Shown here in pieces: positions 1 through 12,701 of a DNA stretch of 64,000 bases. A program made the position numbers and the translations under genes. Source of the DNA: Xylographa opegraphella (taxonomy: Eukaryota); NCBI GenBank assembly GCA_022813865.1, contig JALDZX010000049.1, positions 62,001-126,000 of the forward strand, written 5' to 3'. Positions within the stretch are counted from its first letter, which is position 1. Each line of letters opens with the position of its first letter. Under the pieces are notes generated by a model. That model was not told the origin of the DNA and ran no database searches. It saw nothing but the letters and a program-made list of their open reading frames with translations.

Positions 1-817
1 ACTTCTGGATACCATCGTTGCGCAAATCGAAACACTAACGGTGATGTGTGGTCTCATGATATCCCAAGATCCCGCCGGTCTCCCACGGTTGGAGGAGTAT
101 TCGCGCCCTTTACTTCAGCGTGCCAACTCTTTAGTCGAAGGAACTGACAGAGTTCAAGAAATTTCACTTTCAGTGGCGAACCTCACGTCCGCGTTCGCTG
201 ACGCAGCGTTTCGTGCTGGACGTCTCGACCTTACAACATACCAAGCAGAATTGAACAACGCCTTCGGCTCAGACATAGAATCTTCGACTTCTCTTCAATG
301 GCTTTGCGATAGAGCTGATGCCTACATCACCTTCACCGCCAGTATACGTCCTACTCCTGAGCTTGCGGCTCAAATCGAGGCCGTATCGCCTCAGCTCATC
401 GATCTTCAGTGGATATACTTGACAAAGGCCTTGGCCGATCTGACAACAGCCACCAAACTGCCTCATGTGCCCAATCTAGCTAAGATACATCTTCGACGGG
501 GGGATTGTGAACTGCTGCGATACTGTCTTGGGAAGGTGCCTTCATGCTACAAACAAGCTGTTCAGAATGCGACTATGCTGTTGAGGAATGCGGAGATCTA
601 TTACCGAGGCGCTGCAAAATTTGCAAAGGTTGAAATGGTAGGTCAGGAAGAAGCTGAAGCTCTGGTCAAGGAAGCCGTGGTGAGCAGCTTAAACGGCGAT
701 AGTGCCAAACTCACGCCATACGGTGGCCAAGCCACGAAGGTGATCGATGAAATGAGAGACGAAGGCTTACTTATGGCTGAGGACATGGATCGTCTGGGCC
801 AGCAGTTGAATAAATAG
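1..817 (+). CDS. 3' part of a conserved fungal alpha-helical (possibly TPR-like) hypothetical protein; starts upstream of the window
   Basis: Frame is open from position 2 (LLDTIVAQIETLTV...) to TAG at 817; helical composition, LRRGDCELLR segment. Family assignment tentative. Confidence 0.75.
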   Translation, partial: LLDTIVAQIETLTVMCGLMISQDPAGLPRLEEYSRPLLQRANSLVEGTDRVQEISLSVANLTSAFADAAFRAGRLDLTTYQAELNNAFGSDIESSTSLQWLCDRADAYITFTASIRPTPELAAQIEAVSPQLIDLQWIYLTKALADLTTATKLPHVPNLAKIHLRRGDCELLRYCLGKVPSCYKQAVQNATMLLRNAEIYYRGAAKFAKVEMVGQEEAEALVKEAVVSSLNGDSAKLTPYGGQATKVIDEMRDEGLLMAEDMDRLGQQLNK

Positions 818-844
818 CAATGAACGGTGCCGATATCATTTGTG

Positions 845-1060
845 CATCGAGCTGGTTGGTGTAACGTAGTGTGTGCTCCAATAATGGGCACACTGGTGAA
901 TATGCGCCGCCGAACTCGGTGGCGGTCGACAATGTTTTAGGGGAGCGCTTCCTGAACGTAGCCCCGAAGGCCCCCTGTCGTTCGGCGGGAAAGCCGCTAA
1001 TTTGAAACATTTTTGGTGGTGAAACCGCTGTCGTTCGGGTCCCCTCGGGCCACATTCTTT
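845..1060 (+). ncRNA. candidate structured RNA (unidentified ncRNA or structured 3'UTR)
   Basis: Several nested helices with G-U pairs on +: 871-878/886-893, 905-912/917-924, 939-944/1040-1045, 951-958/1032-1039, 983-988/1025-1030, 993-1000/1013-1020; ends ACATTC-TTTT. No family recognised. Confidence 0.4.
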
Positions 1061-1368
1061 TAGCTTAGGACCTAGGACTATGATTTTAGGGCTCCATCCC
1101 TCGCTACAGCCACTTCCAAACGGCTTCGAAAACAGTCACGCTACCTAGAAAGTAATCTCGACATTTTACCATGCTTAGTGCTCTGAAGGTCGTGGTAGTC
1201 TGCTAAGACGCAGGCTCTCTTGCCTCCTCATGACTCGATAGCATAGTCGTCTCCAGGGTCCAGACCCAGCATCACCACCACGAGCTCCGTCCAACGCCTC
1301 CTGCGTAACGCTCCGGTTCTGCTATAGCTCCTGCCTCTTGTCGGTGAGGTGGGAGCTCAGCAAGTATC

Positions 1369-4300
1369 ATGGATGCCCAGGTATTAGCATTCCTCACACT
1401 CTTGAATAGCCTCTGAAGGTAATGCTGATGGTTCATGTGTCAGATTGAGAACGCAATAGAAATAGCGTGGAATCCCCAGTCCGATCAGAACCTCAAATCA
1501 CAAGCCTTCGAATTTCTGAATCAGCTTCGCTCCGAACCTCAAGGATGGCAAGTATGTCTTGCACTTGCTATAAGGGAGCCAAGAGCTTCAGAGGTCGTCC
1601 GTCATGTCGCACTTGAGGTGGTAAACAATACTATACAGGGCCACCAAGTTGATGAACCAGGCATGCTATTTGTACGAGATAGCTTGATGCACCACATACG
1701 AGCTAACTACGGAGCTGGGAGTCGGATTGCTCAGCAGGATCCCGTCGCCATACAGAACAAAATTAGCCAAACGATCACATTTCTCTTCGTAGCTTTATAT
1801 CCGAACCAATGGCAAACCTTCTTCGTCGATTTTCTCTCTCTCGCCAGCACATCAAATACATCGGGAGCTGAAAACTTCCTCGGGACAGCATTATACCTCA
1901 AGATTCTGATTTCTGTGCACGATGAGATAGCGGACACGATTGTGAGGAGATCTCCCGAAGAGCAACAACGGGACAATGATCTGAAGGATGCTGTGCGAGA
2001 AAGGGATGCTCGGATGATCTCTCAGTCTTGGCAAGATATATTATTGTACTGGAAGACTCGAGATGGAAGGATCATCGATCAGTGCCTCTCAGCTATCGGG
2101 CGTTGGGCAAGCTGGACAGATTTATCTTTGATCGTCAAAGATCCTCTCCTCAGTCTGTTGTTTGAGCTAGTAAGCTCTCCGGAAGCCATTCCACAAAAGG
2201 AGGGCCGAAATAATCTCCGAGATGTCTCGTTGAACACGTTCATGGAAATTCTGGCAAAGAAAACGAAAGCCAATGACAAGTTAGATCTCATTGGCATCCT
2301 GAGGGTGAAAGACGTGGTATCGCAGCTCATCACAAGTCCTCTGCTGCATGAATTACGGCCTACATCAAACTACGATACCGATCTCGCAGAGACTGTCGCA
2401 AAGCTGGTCAATAACACTGTGTTTGACATAATAAACGTTCTAGAAACTGCTCCAGCAGGAGACTCTGTTGTATTGAAAGCCAACATTCAGCTAAAAGAGT
2501 TTCTGCCTTTTGTCCTTCGCTTCTTTGCTGATGAGTATGATGAGATCTGTTCAAGCGTGATCCCATGTCTCACAGATTTGCTTACGTATTTCCGGAAGAA
2601 AGTCAGAGCAGACGTCGAATATGCACCGATGCTACCCCCTATTCTACACGCCATCGTTGCGAAAATGAGATATGACGAAACATCGGCTTGGGGCAACGAA
2701 GATGCTCAGACCGACGAGGCTGAGTTTCAGGACCTTAGGAAACGGTTACAAGTCCTGCAACAAGCTGTTGCGGCTGTTGATGAGCAGCTCTATATTGACA
2801 CTATCAGCGGAATCGTTGGTGCTTCATTGGAAAATTTTCAAAGTCAGAGAGGTCAGGTTGATTGGAGAGACATTGACCTGGCCATGCATGAGATGTTCTT
2901 GTTTGGTGAACTTGCGGTAAAAAGCACAGGCTTGTTCAGTAAGACGAAGCCTGTCTCGCCTGCTGCTGAACGATTGATTGCGATGATGTTCAAGCTTGTA
3001 GAATCCGGTAAGCCGGAGCATCTGAAGGATAATGGTTCATGCTGACTGAGAGCCAGACGTGGCCAGCTTTTCTCATCCTGCTATTCAACTGCAATATATG
3101 GAAATCTGTGTTAGATATAGCACGTTCTTCGAAGCTAATCCACAGCTTATACCACGAGTTCTCGAAAACTTTGTCCGTTTCGTGCATCACAACCATGTCA
3201 AAGTCAAGACACGTTCGTGGTATTTATTCCATAGATTCATTAAGAACCTGCGTCAACAACTAGGTGATGTCGCTCAGAATATCACACAAGCTTTGGGCGA
3301 CCTATTGCCAATCAAAGCAGAGTTGCCAGACGAAACTTCTGACAACGACGAAATGTCCTCCGATGAGAGTGATCGATCTACCGATGCCAACTTTACCAGT
3401 CAACTGTATCTGTACGAAGCAATTGGTTGTATGTGTGGCAGTCCGGCTGTTCCTGTGGCAAATCAAGTAATATTCCTACAATCGGTAATAAATCCGCTGT
3501 TCACCGACCTTGAAACTCACCTAGGCCCAGCAAGAGCTGGAGACGAACGATCAGCGCTTCAGGTGCATCACTTGATTATGGCACTTGGTACTTTGGCTCG
3601 TGGGTTCTCGGATTGGACACCTGCCAACACTTCTCCGTCATCCAAGCCGCCAGCAGAGGCCATATCCGAAGAGTTTGCAAGAACCGCTGAAGCCATCCTT
3701 GTGGCGCTCGAATCTCTAAATTCTTCGGTGGAGATCCGCACCGCCGCTAGATTCGCTTTCTCTCGGCTCATTGGTGTTCTGGGAAATAGAGTCTTACCAC
3801 AGCTCATTCGGTGGATTGATGGTCTTTTGTCGCGCACGTCATCCAAAGATGAGATGGCCTTGTTCTTGCGGCTGCTCGATCAAGTAGTTTACGGCTTCAA
3901 ATCAGAGATCTTCGACATATTGAATACGCTTCTTACACCGTTTCTTCAACGGGTTTTTTCTGGCATCGCCGAACCAACCTCAGGCACGGACGACGAGATA
4001 CAATTGTCCGAGTTGAAGCTTCAATATCTTGGCTTCCTCATGGTAATTCTCAACAACGACCTGGGTTCGGTTCTTGTCAGTGGTGGTAAGCACAGTCCTC
4101 GAAACGATGAGATGTTTCCGAAGATCTGACAATCCGCAGCCAATCAGCCGGCGTTCGAGACGATCATCTCCACAATCGAACATTTCACCAAAGATGTCAC
4201 CGACTTTCCCTCCGCCAAACTCGCCTTTTCCGTCCTGACCCGAATGGTCAATTCGTGGGGCGGCCCCGACATACAGAACACCGGTATTGCACAGACAGCA

Positions 4301-4677
4301 CAGCCGAGTCTTCCAGGCTTCGACCGCTTCATGATGGAGCGTTTCTCGCCCCTGTGTTGGGCCTTACCCAGCATTCCGGCGTTCAATCCCAAAGACGCGC
4401 AAGGACGCCAGGTGCTCGGTGAAGCGGCCGGCCTGCAGAGAGCCATCTACGCCAAGACTGGGCAGGAGTATTTGACGTGGCTGAGGGACATGGAGCTACG
4501 GCGGATGGGCATGAACAACGCGACGATTGACGAGTACCTGAATGCGCTATGCACGTTTGACGCGAAGGGGTTCCGGCAATTCTTCCAGGTCAGTCTTTCT
4601 TTTCGCCTCTATTTGTTCGCGGGCGAGGGGAACTGACGGAAATTACACAGGCACTCGTACAACGAAGCAACCGATGA
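1369..4677 (+). CDS. LOS1: exportin-T (tRNA nuclear export receptor, importin-beta family), 5 exons
   Basis: ATG 1369 (MDAQ), intron 1381-1443, then ORFs 1435-3045, 3059-4129 and 4244-4636 joined by GT-AG introns; Xpo-t-like motifs ([36 protein letters not shown]); last exon ALVQRSNR* at 4651-4677. Confidence 0.92.
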
Positions 4678-5242
4678 CGACCATGAGCAGACGGGGTGGA
4701 ATTCGCATTACTATCTACTGGGCGGTGCATTTGCCGGCGTTGGAAGGTACCTTTGGCTACCGTATGCATGGAGGAAGGGGGGGTCCGTTCGGCCTCGAAC
4801 GAGTCAGTCCGCATTGAGCTCCGGGCGTTTTTTTCTAGCATTGTGCGTATCTGCAAAGAGCTTCTTTTTTATCTCTTCTCTTTCTCCTTCTTCTTCTTCC
4901 GTAGGTACTTAGTTTGAGCTTCGCGCGGCGATGTCCTTTGAAGAGAAAAAAAAGCATTCACCCCTTCCTAATCGACACGCTGCAGTGACTCTCGCTCCCG
5001 CTTCGCGCTTCGCCCTCAAACCCAACGCCCTCGCCCAACGCCCTCGCCCAAAACCCCCGCCATCCGTCCCGAATCGGCAGTCCTCACCAGCCCGCAACTC
5101 TCTCACGAGCTTCTATGGTTTCTCCTCTCGAGCGGCCCTGACTGCGAGCCGTAAGCCCTCGCCCTTGCCTCGATGGAGTCAAACCCCCCCCCCTTCCCCA
5201 ACCCCCACCCCCACGCAGCCGCCAAAAACACACCGCACCCAC

Positions 5243-6501
5243 TCACGCGAACAGATAGCGCGCCGCGTGCGCGACATGGTCGTCCGCAAAAGTCGCGATC
5301 GTGAAGTAGCTGTGGTCGTGGCCGTCGTGGTAGCGGATGTGGACCTCGGCCTCGCGGCCCGCGGCCAAGGCCGCGGCGGCGAAGTTCTCCGGCAGGAGCT
5401 GCTTCTGCTTGTAGAAGTTGTCGTTGGTGCCCTGGCCGTGGGTGGATGGGTGGTCAGTCATCAGTTCTGTCGGTCACGTGGAGGGTGCTTGCTTCTGGGT
5501 GGGTGCTCGGAGCGAGCGCGGAGAAGGCATTTGGGTGTGGGGTGGGCTGGGGGGGGGGGGATGAGAGCGGAGGGGAAGGGGACAGCACGTACGATCTCGA
5601 TGAGCACGTCCAGCGGCGGGCCCTGGTACCGCTTCAGCAGCTCCGTCGCGTCGTGCGCCGCCCATTGCTCCTTGGCGTGCGCGCCGAAGTAGCCTCCGAA
5701 GGCCTTCTGGCCCCACGGGCAGTTGGACGGGTTGGCTATGGGCGCGAAGGCGGATACGGATTTGTAGGCGTGCGGATTCTTGAGGAACTGGGCAGATGGG
5801 TTTGGGTCAGTGGAATGTGGATGCATGTATAAGTATATATAGCGGTTGAACCCTTCCGCGGGCGCTTTCCCCTCGCATTTTTTTAATTCTGGAAAGTGTG
5901 TGGGTAGCTCGAAGGCGGAGGTAGACTTACGAGTGTGAGAGCGCCGTGTCCGCCCATGCTATGCCCTGTGATGCTCATGCGGCTGGCGTCCAGCTGCGCG
6001 AATTGTGCGAACAGCGCTTTCGGCAGCTCGTCCGTGATGTAGCTCGCCATGCGGTAGCCCTTGTGCCACGGAGACTGGGTCGCGTCGACATAGAAGCCGG
6101 CACCGGTGCCGAAGTCGTAGGCGTCGTCTTCGCCGGCGATTTTAAGGCCCCCTGGTGTTGATCAGCTAAGTCCCGTCTTGCTCGCCCCATCCTTTTTGGG
6201 CTGGGGGTCATGGGGAGGACCAGGAATTGAACATACGCGGACTGGTGTCCGGATATACGACGGCGATGCCGCGCTGTGCGGCGCCGTGTTGGAAAAAACC
6301 CTTCTCGGCGCAGTTGTCGCCGGTGCAGGTGAGGCCGGCGAGGAAGAAGAGCACGGGTACTTTATGAAGAGGGTTGAGAGTCGCGGCGGGGGGGAGGAAG
6401 AGGTTCAACGCCATGTCGCAGGAGGTGGATTTCGCGGCGTGAGTGAGCTTCAGGAGCTGCCCACCAAAGGAGGCAATGGTGGCTTTGGTTTGGAAGGCCA
6501 T
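5243..6501 (-). CDS. S-formylglutathione hydrolase (esterase D), 4 exons
   Basis: [21 protein letters not shown], nucleophile [26 protein letters not shown] catalytic His; GT-AG introns join the pieces. Confidence 0.93.
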
Positions 6502-7045
6502 AGTTGTGAGAAGAGGGTTAGAGGGGCTTGGTACAAAGGGAGAAGAGGTTGGTTGAAGAGGCTTGTCAAAGGGGGTTTGAGAGTGAAGAGTATGTTAATG
6601 AAAAAAGCAATGGTTGAGGAGACGCAAATACAGAACTGAAATAAATGCTTTGCATATGACGGAATTGTGGATGAGAATCGAGAAGTGCCCCACCTGCCCC
6701 GCCAGAAGCTAGAGAGCAACTGCCGGACGAATTGCTACAGTAAAAAATATTCTCGATGTATTCTATTCCTAGCTTTCGTGGAGATGAAGAATGGCCAATC
6801 GACCGTCAATGCGTTCATGGTACATGTGCATTGAACATACGAAAGCAAAACAACGAGAGGTGACGTACGTTAGTACGCGAAGAATACCCTTATAGGGCTG
6901 GGGTTAGGGCTTATTCGTCATAGCGACTCCTGAATCAGGGGTGAAGTTTTCTGATATCATGCACGAGATTGCTCAAAAATGGACGAGGTACACTGGAGTA
7001 CGGAGTCTCAGCTTCATATTTCAAGGCCCCTTTATCCTGAGATGA

Positions 7046-8843
7046 TTAAGACGCCCTCGCTTCCTGCCGCAACACCTCCCCCTCCATCCGCTCGAACCCC
7101 TCCACCGCAACCCCATATCGCTCCCACAGACCCCTCTGATACCCCTCCGCCATCTTTTCCGTAAACTCCTTCTCCTTCCACCTCCCGCCTATCAGATCCT
7201 CGAAGCTCTCCCCATCCCTTCTCTCCACTGTCCATACAGCCTTGTACGCCGCCCCAAGCGCACACGCGTTCTGGCCGACATCCAGCTTCCACACGCCTTC
7301 GACTCCGCCCAGCACCTCCCCAGCAACTTTTGCAATAGCGCTGTTCTGCGACCCCCCGCCAACGAGATACACGCGTCGCGGCTGCGGTGGGGTACCACTG
7401 CCGGTATCGGCCGGGACGAGCGCGCGGGACCGCAGGCGTAGAGAGAGCAATTGACTTTCAACGATGGCACGGGCGTCATGGTGGGGTTTCTTCCAGCCTT
7501 CAGAGGTGGCATTGAGTGTCCGAGTGGAGGGTGTGTATGTGTAGCGCCATTCGCCCGCTGGGAGGTTCGGGACTATTTCTGGCCGCGGAAAGAATAGACC
7601 TAATTTCATGGGGTCGGATTCTGCGGAGGCTTGACCGAGCGCTGGACTTGACAAGACGATCTGGTCGAATGTGTTCCAAGATTTCGGATTGTGGGGTTGC
7701 GTGGTGTCCATATTTGGCACAATGGCATTGATATGGTCGCGGATCTGTTCTCTGGCCAAGCCGCCGTTTTTGTAGCACAGCATGAACATGTACAATCCGG
7801 GGGTTGTTGGATGGTTGAAGAAATGTGTCGAGGGGTCGGGTGCGTAGTGCTGGGTGGACATGAGAAAGGTAGTGGATGTGCCGAGAGAGACAATGGCATC
7901 GTTGGGGCGAAGCGGGAGAGCGAGGATTGTCGCAGGATTATCTCCTGTGAAAGAGGCGATCTTGCATGTGGGATCGAAGCCAAACCGCCGCACCAAATAT
8001 GGGCATATGTCGCCCATAGCAGTTGCACTATCGTGATGTACAGAGCCGAGCATCTGCTTGAGTCTGGACGGATTGGAGGAACCAGACGCTAGCGTCATCA
8101 ATCTCTCGTGGTAAGCGCCAGCTTTGATATCCCAAAGATTCATCCCACAAACATCGGAAATGTCCATAGGAGCAATTTGGCCGAGAAAAATAGAGGCAAG
8201 AAAGGAAGAGACCAGAGAGATACGAGAGGTCCTTTTGAACGCTTCGGGGTATGTATGTTGAAACCGAAGAATCTGAGGGCCTGTGAATCGCTAGGCGCTG
8301 GTTAGATGTCGAGTGTATTCCTAGAATAATCGCACCACATACATGGTGAGCTTTACTGCCAGTAATATCCGCCAACTGTTGCTGACCTCCCAGCTCCACG
8401 TCAAAAGCATCACACTCGGTCTGCGTACTAGCATCCTGCCAATTGGGGCTGAATGGATGCGAGAATGCGTGGTCGAGCTGTGCTGAGAGACTCTTGCTGC
8501 TATCGAGACTTTGCAATGCGTGCTCGCCCGCTTCGCTCCAGTAGACGCTACCATGCTGTTGCCCAGCGCCACTGATGCCCCGTACTCGACCGAAGTCGAT
8601 GCCCTTGTCCTTGAGCCTTGCGAGTACAGTATCCAAGGCTTGTAACCATAGCGCCACCGGAGCGTACACTTCGTGCTCTGCCTCGTTTGTGATCACGCCC
8701 TTGTGGATGCCGAACCCTTCCGAGTCGGCATCGAAGTCAAATTTGGCTTCATAGACAACTTTAAGGTCTGAGGTGACAGCCAAAGCTTTGAGCTGCTGGG
8801 TTGACAGGTCAAATCCTAAATACAATGGGTCGGAATTGCTCAT
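7046..8843 (-). CDS. XKS1: D-xylulose kinase (FGGY family), 2 exons
   Basis: [49 protein letters not shown] motifs; intron ~8293-8343. Confidence 0.94.
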
Positions 8844-9440
8844 ATTTCAATATGATTTTCTCAACATACAAATTACGCAAAATAAATAAAGATCGCAGTT
8901 GAGGATATTGCTCAAGTCATAGAATCAATTACACCAAGGGTGGTACAGTTGAGTGGCGAGAGACTATATGAATTTTTGAATGCTGGCTAGTGTTCGAGCG
9001 TCTTTGAAATGATGCAAGAGAATCTAGAGCGCCGACATAGCAAGTTCCGTAAGCCCTGACGTTCCTTTGACGTTCCTTTTGACGTCGAGCCATGCCAAGG
9101 GTCGAACCACAACTTTATTAGATGGAAAGTCTTTCGGCTCTTTCCGCCTAAATTGCATTTACCCGTTGCTCGACGCAAGGCTTCAACCAGAACAGGCGTA
9201 ATTTTCAGCATTGATATCTGAGACGATGGCCGGCTCCGGGTGAATCAGTCACAGTTGCTGACTATTTCCTTCTCCTTTGCTCCTCTTCTCCAAACTGTAG
9301 AAGCCTGAGAGTGGAAAAGTTCATCTCGCATGTAAATATTCTGAGCAACATGGCGGCCTGTGCGACTTTTCGTTAACGCCCGAGCCCTATCATACAATCG
9401 GAGCGGATGCGTGTCGAGGTATCCAGTGTGCTTCCAAACC

Positions 9441-10884
9441 TCAGCGCCGCCTATGCGCGTCGCCGTTGGCATGAGCATGCGAATGCGTGTGGTTATGGTC
9501 GTGACCGTTGTCGGGCTCTTCGGGCTCTGGACTGCTCCTCGGACTGACATCAGCTCCAATGAACTCCTCCGTAAAGTCAACTGGCTTCTGGTTTTGAGCC
9601 ACGAATTTGACCCTCACTCTCCGCACCCCTCTGACCTTGGACCCAACCTTGACCCGTAAATCATCCTCCACCCTCCGCGTTTGTTCCACCGTCCAACTGG
9701 CGGGCACTGCCAGCTCAATGTCCATGAGGAAGTTCTGCCCAGCTTTTATACCCTGCACATCACGGACTTCCACACTTGCCGTTGCGTCTGTGTCTGCTAG
9801 AGCCTTGCTTGCCGCTCGCTTGACCGAGCCCTTGACCTCTTCATCCACAGCGACGTCAACGAGCTCATAGATCGCTGCTCGTGTGTTGCCGAACCCAGCC
9901 TGGATGACCATCAGAGAGACAAGCAGACCACCCACCGGATCAAGCCAGGTCGCTCCGGTAAAGACGTGGGATCCCCCGATGGCCACCAAAGCAACGATAC
10001 TCGTGAGGGAGTCGACACGGTGATGAATTGCATTCGACGCGAGAACGGAGGACTTGCGTTCTTTGGCAACCTTCATCGCTGAGGAGATAGATTAGCGACA
10101 GAATCGAGCCCGAGGCAGGCTGCTTACTCGCTCGGTACAACCACTCCTTGACAACAATCGATCCAGCAGCCAGCCAAGCGGCGTTGAGGTTCGGAATCAT
10201 ATGAGCAGCGCTATGATCGTGCGAGTGACCCAGTATACCATGGCTGTGCTCCGCTACCGATGCCACATCGGCGAATAACTGTGCGTATAATGCCGCACAT
10301 GCATGTTGCCCCATTAAGACGCCCCCTGCAAGCAGCAGCCCACTGACCACCAATGACCCAAAGCTTTCCACCTTGCCAAAGCCATTAGGGTACCTGCTTG
10401 TAGGCGGTCGAAGTGCCACTGAGATGGTCGCGAGCGTCATAAAGTCCGACACCAGATCGGTAAGTGCATGAAAGGCATCGGCTACCAGGGCCTGCGAATT
10501 GAAGAAGTAGCCGCCGATGCCCTTGCTGACAGCCATGCCGAGATTGACGTATAGGCCGACCCGAGTGATTCGGACGCCGGCATCTTTCTTGTTGGTCGAG
10601 ATCAGGTAGCTGTTGTCGTGGTTGTGTGAATGTGAGTGCCCGGAGTGTTCGCGGGACTGGCCCATCGCGGTTATGCCCGGTGGCTTTCGAGACGGAGGGA
10701 TTGAAGCTGGCGAGCGGAGGGAGACTGGCGGGTGAACGGGGCGAGCGTGGTGTCCGGATCTGACGACGTTGATATAGAGCACGCGACTCGACTTGGGCTG
10801 CAGAACGAGACGTGTCCGCCAACTACGGCAAGGCTGGCCGACATGATACAGAAGCCTAAGAAAAGGGCTGTGCAACGGCGGCAT
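9441..10884 (-). CDS. mitochondrial cation diffusion facilitator (MMT1/MMT2-like iron transporter), 2 exons
   Basis: Arg-rich presequence, His-rich stretches, SQALVADAFHALTD, NAIHHRVDSLTS, WLDPVGG, C-terminal dimerisation domain; intron ~10079-10128. Confidence 0.9.
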
Positions 10885-11069
10885 GGCAGCTATACTATGC
10901 GTGGCGCATTACTGGGGCATGCAAAGTTCCTCCTATGAACGTCGACGTCGGAGCAGAGCGTCTGGCAGCTTCATGGGCGCCTCCATCATGGTCGAATCGA
11001 TCCAACAACACACTTCTCGTCGCTCGTAGCCCGTCCGTATTCACGCGAGAGGCGAGCAAAAACTCTCAC

Positions 11070-11120
11070 GGGCTAGGGGGAATGCAGGGGGGTACGGGGG
11101 GTAACGGGGGGGAGGGGGGG
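11070..11120 (+). promoter_or_regulatory. G-run cluster (potential G-quadruplex) in the MMT/sirtuin divergent promoter
   Basis: Six G-runs of 3-7 nt with short spacers; TGACGTC (CRE-like) at ~11129. Confidence 0.4.
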
Positions 11121-11289
11121 CTGCTTGATGACGTCTTGATCCCTAAATGCCCCCCCGGGGACAACTGGTTCCTTCCCTATTCGTCCCCCAACCAGCCTCG
11201 ACTAAGGTAGTCTGGAACGTAACGACTTCGCTGTTCACAAGGTAAATAGTCTACCCGATGAGCAAACACTTCTCGATGCCTTCATCTTC

Positions 11290-12556
11290 ATGCAAAAACC
11301 TTTCATGCGAATCCCCTACACGGGCCCTCTGCCACCACCGACCATCATCCCCCGGAACGCCAATACTCCCTCTGGCGCCATCAGTGCTCTACACGCCTTT
11401 CTCTCCGCCCCGCCATCCCCTCGTCTCCAAGCGCGCTCCGGAGATGGCAAATCCAAGACCGTGCTTCTTACCGGAGCTGGCATATCGGTAGCATCTGGTC
11501 TGGCGGACTATCGCGGCACAGCGGGAACGTACACACTCAACAAAACCTACCGACCGATATACTACAACGAGTTCATCGAGAATCATGAGGCACGGAAGCG
11601 GTATTGGGCGCGGAGCTTCTTGGGCTGGACGAATCTGCACCGGGCGCGACCAAATAATGGTCACTGGGCGGTCAAGAAGCTGGGAGAGATGGGTTTGCTG
11701 CGAAGTGTGATTACTCAGAGTGCGTGTGCAGAGTCCATTCGCCGACAGTGCATATGGCATAGGTTGACATCATGATGCAGATGTGGACTCTTTCCATCCC
11801 ATGGCACATCCAGACTTGCCGACCTTGGAGCTACATGGATATCTTCGTTCCCTCGTCTGCATCAACTGTCATAACCATCTACCCCGCAGTGAGTTTCAGG
11901 AATCGTTGTCGACCCTGAACCCAGCGTGGGCGGCTTTCCTCGCCGAAATGCTGGAAGTCGGAGCCCTTGATACTGAGAACCCCGATGAAAGACGAAAGAA
12001 AGGGCTCAAGACCAACCCTGACGGTGATGTGGATTTGCCCGATGCCCCATATAGCACCTTTCGGTATCCAGCGTGTCCAACATGCCTGGCGAAGCCTCCC
12101 ACGCTCAAGGATGGTTCCAAATCAAAGGTCGAGGTGGACAACGACGGGGCGTGGTCTTCAACTTCGACGGCAGGCATCTTGAAGCCCGCCGTGGTCATGT
12201 TTGGAGAATCCATCGCGGCCGAAGTGAAGACCGCGGCCGAAGAAGCGATAGACCAAGCTAGCAGGATCTTGGTGATCGGAAGCAGCTTGGCGACATATTC
12301 AGCTTGGAGGCTCGTCAAGAGAGCCAAAGAACGAAACATGCCGATCGGGATTCTTAACCTTGGTGGCGTGCGTGGAGAAGAAAACTTCTTTGCAGACTTG
12401 CAAGGCGAGAACAACGGCCGACGCGGTGTGAGGTGCAATGAGAGGGCAGACACACTGCTGCCCCAGCTCGTGGATACAATACGAGGCATCAGATCGAGCC
12501 CGCATGTAGCAGATGTGAAAAGGGAAGCAACTGCCTCGTTCGGCAGAATGGAATGA
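11290..12556 (+). CDS. NAD-dependent deacylase, sirtuin class II (SIRT4-like), 2 exons
   Basis: LTGAGISVASGLADYRG, RYWARSFLGW, ITQNVD split by intron ~11720-11781, ELHG, CxxC...CxxC, LKPAVVMFGE, GSSLATYS. Confidence 0.92.
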
Positions 12557-12701
12557 GAATGACTCGACAAACCATTGATTGCGCGAGTTTGTGCTGGAAG
12601 TCAAGGATAGGGTATCATATATGCAATACTCCAACCCTCCGATTTTCCAAACCGTCCATAACATCCGGGGAAAAGTGCCCCCCATTCTTTGATATTATGA
12701 A

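Noticed and set aside
836..860. U4 snRNA-like words (TTGTGCA, GCTGGTTG) and a downstream Sm-like site
   Set aside because: The two words are only 4 nt apart, with no intervening 5' kink-turn stem-loop, which U4 requires.
983..1030. SECIS-like or hammerhead-like reading of the GAAA/GAAA hairpin
   Set aside because: Geometry is a symmetric 4x4 loop rather than a kink-turn quartet, there is no CUGANGA core, no in-frame UGA upstream is visible, and ascomycetes are not known to use selenocysteine.
1028..1057. tRNA T-arm/B-box-like GTTCGGGTCC
   Set aside because: No T-stem pairing or cloverleaf.
4931..5832. Plus-strand ORFs of 253 and 128 aa
   Set aside because: Antisense shadows of the GC-rich esterase D gene.
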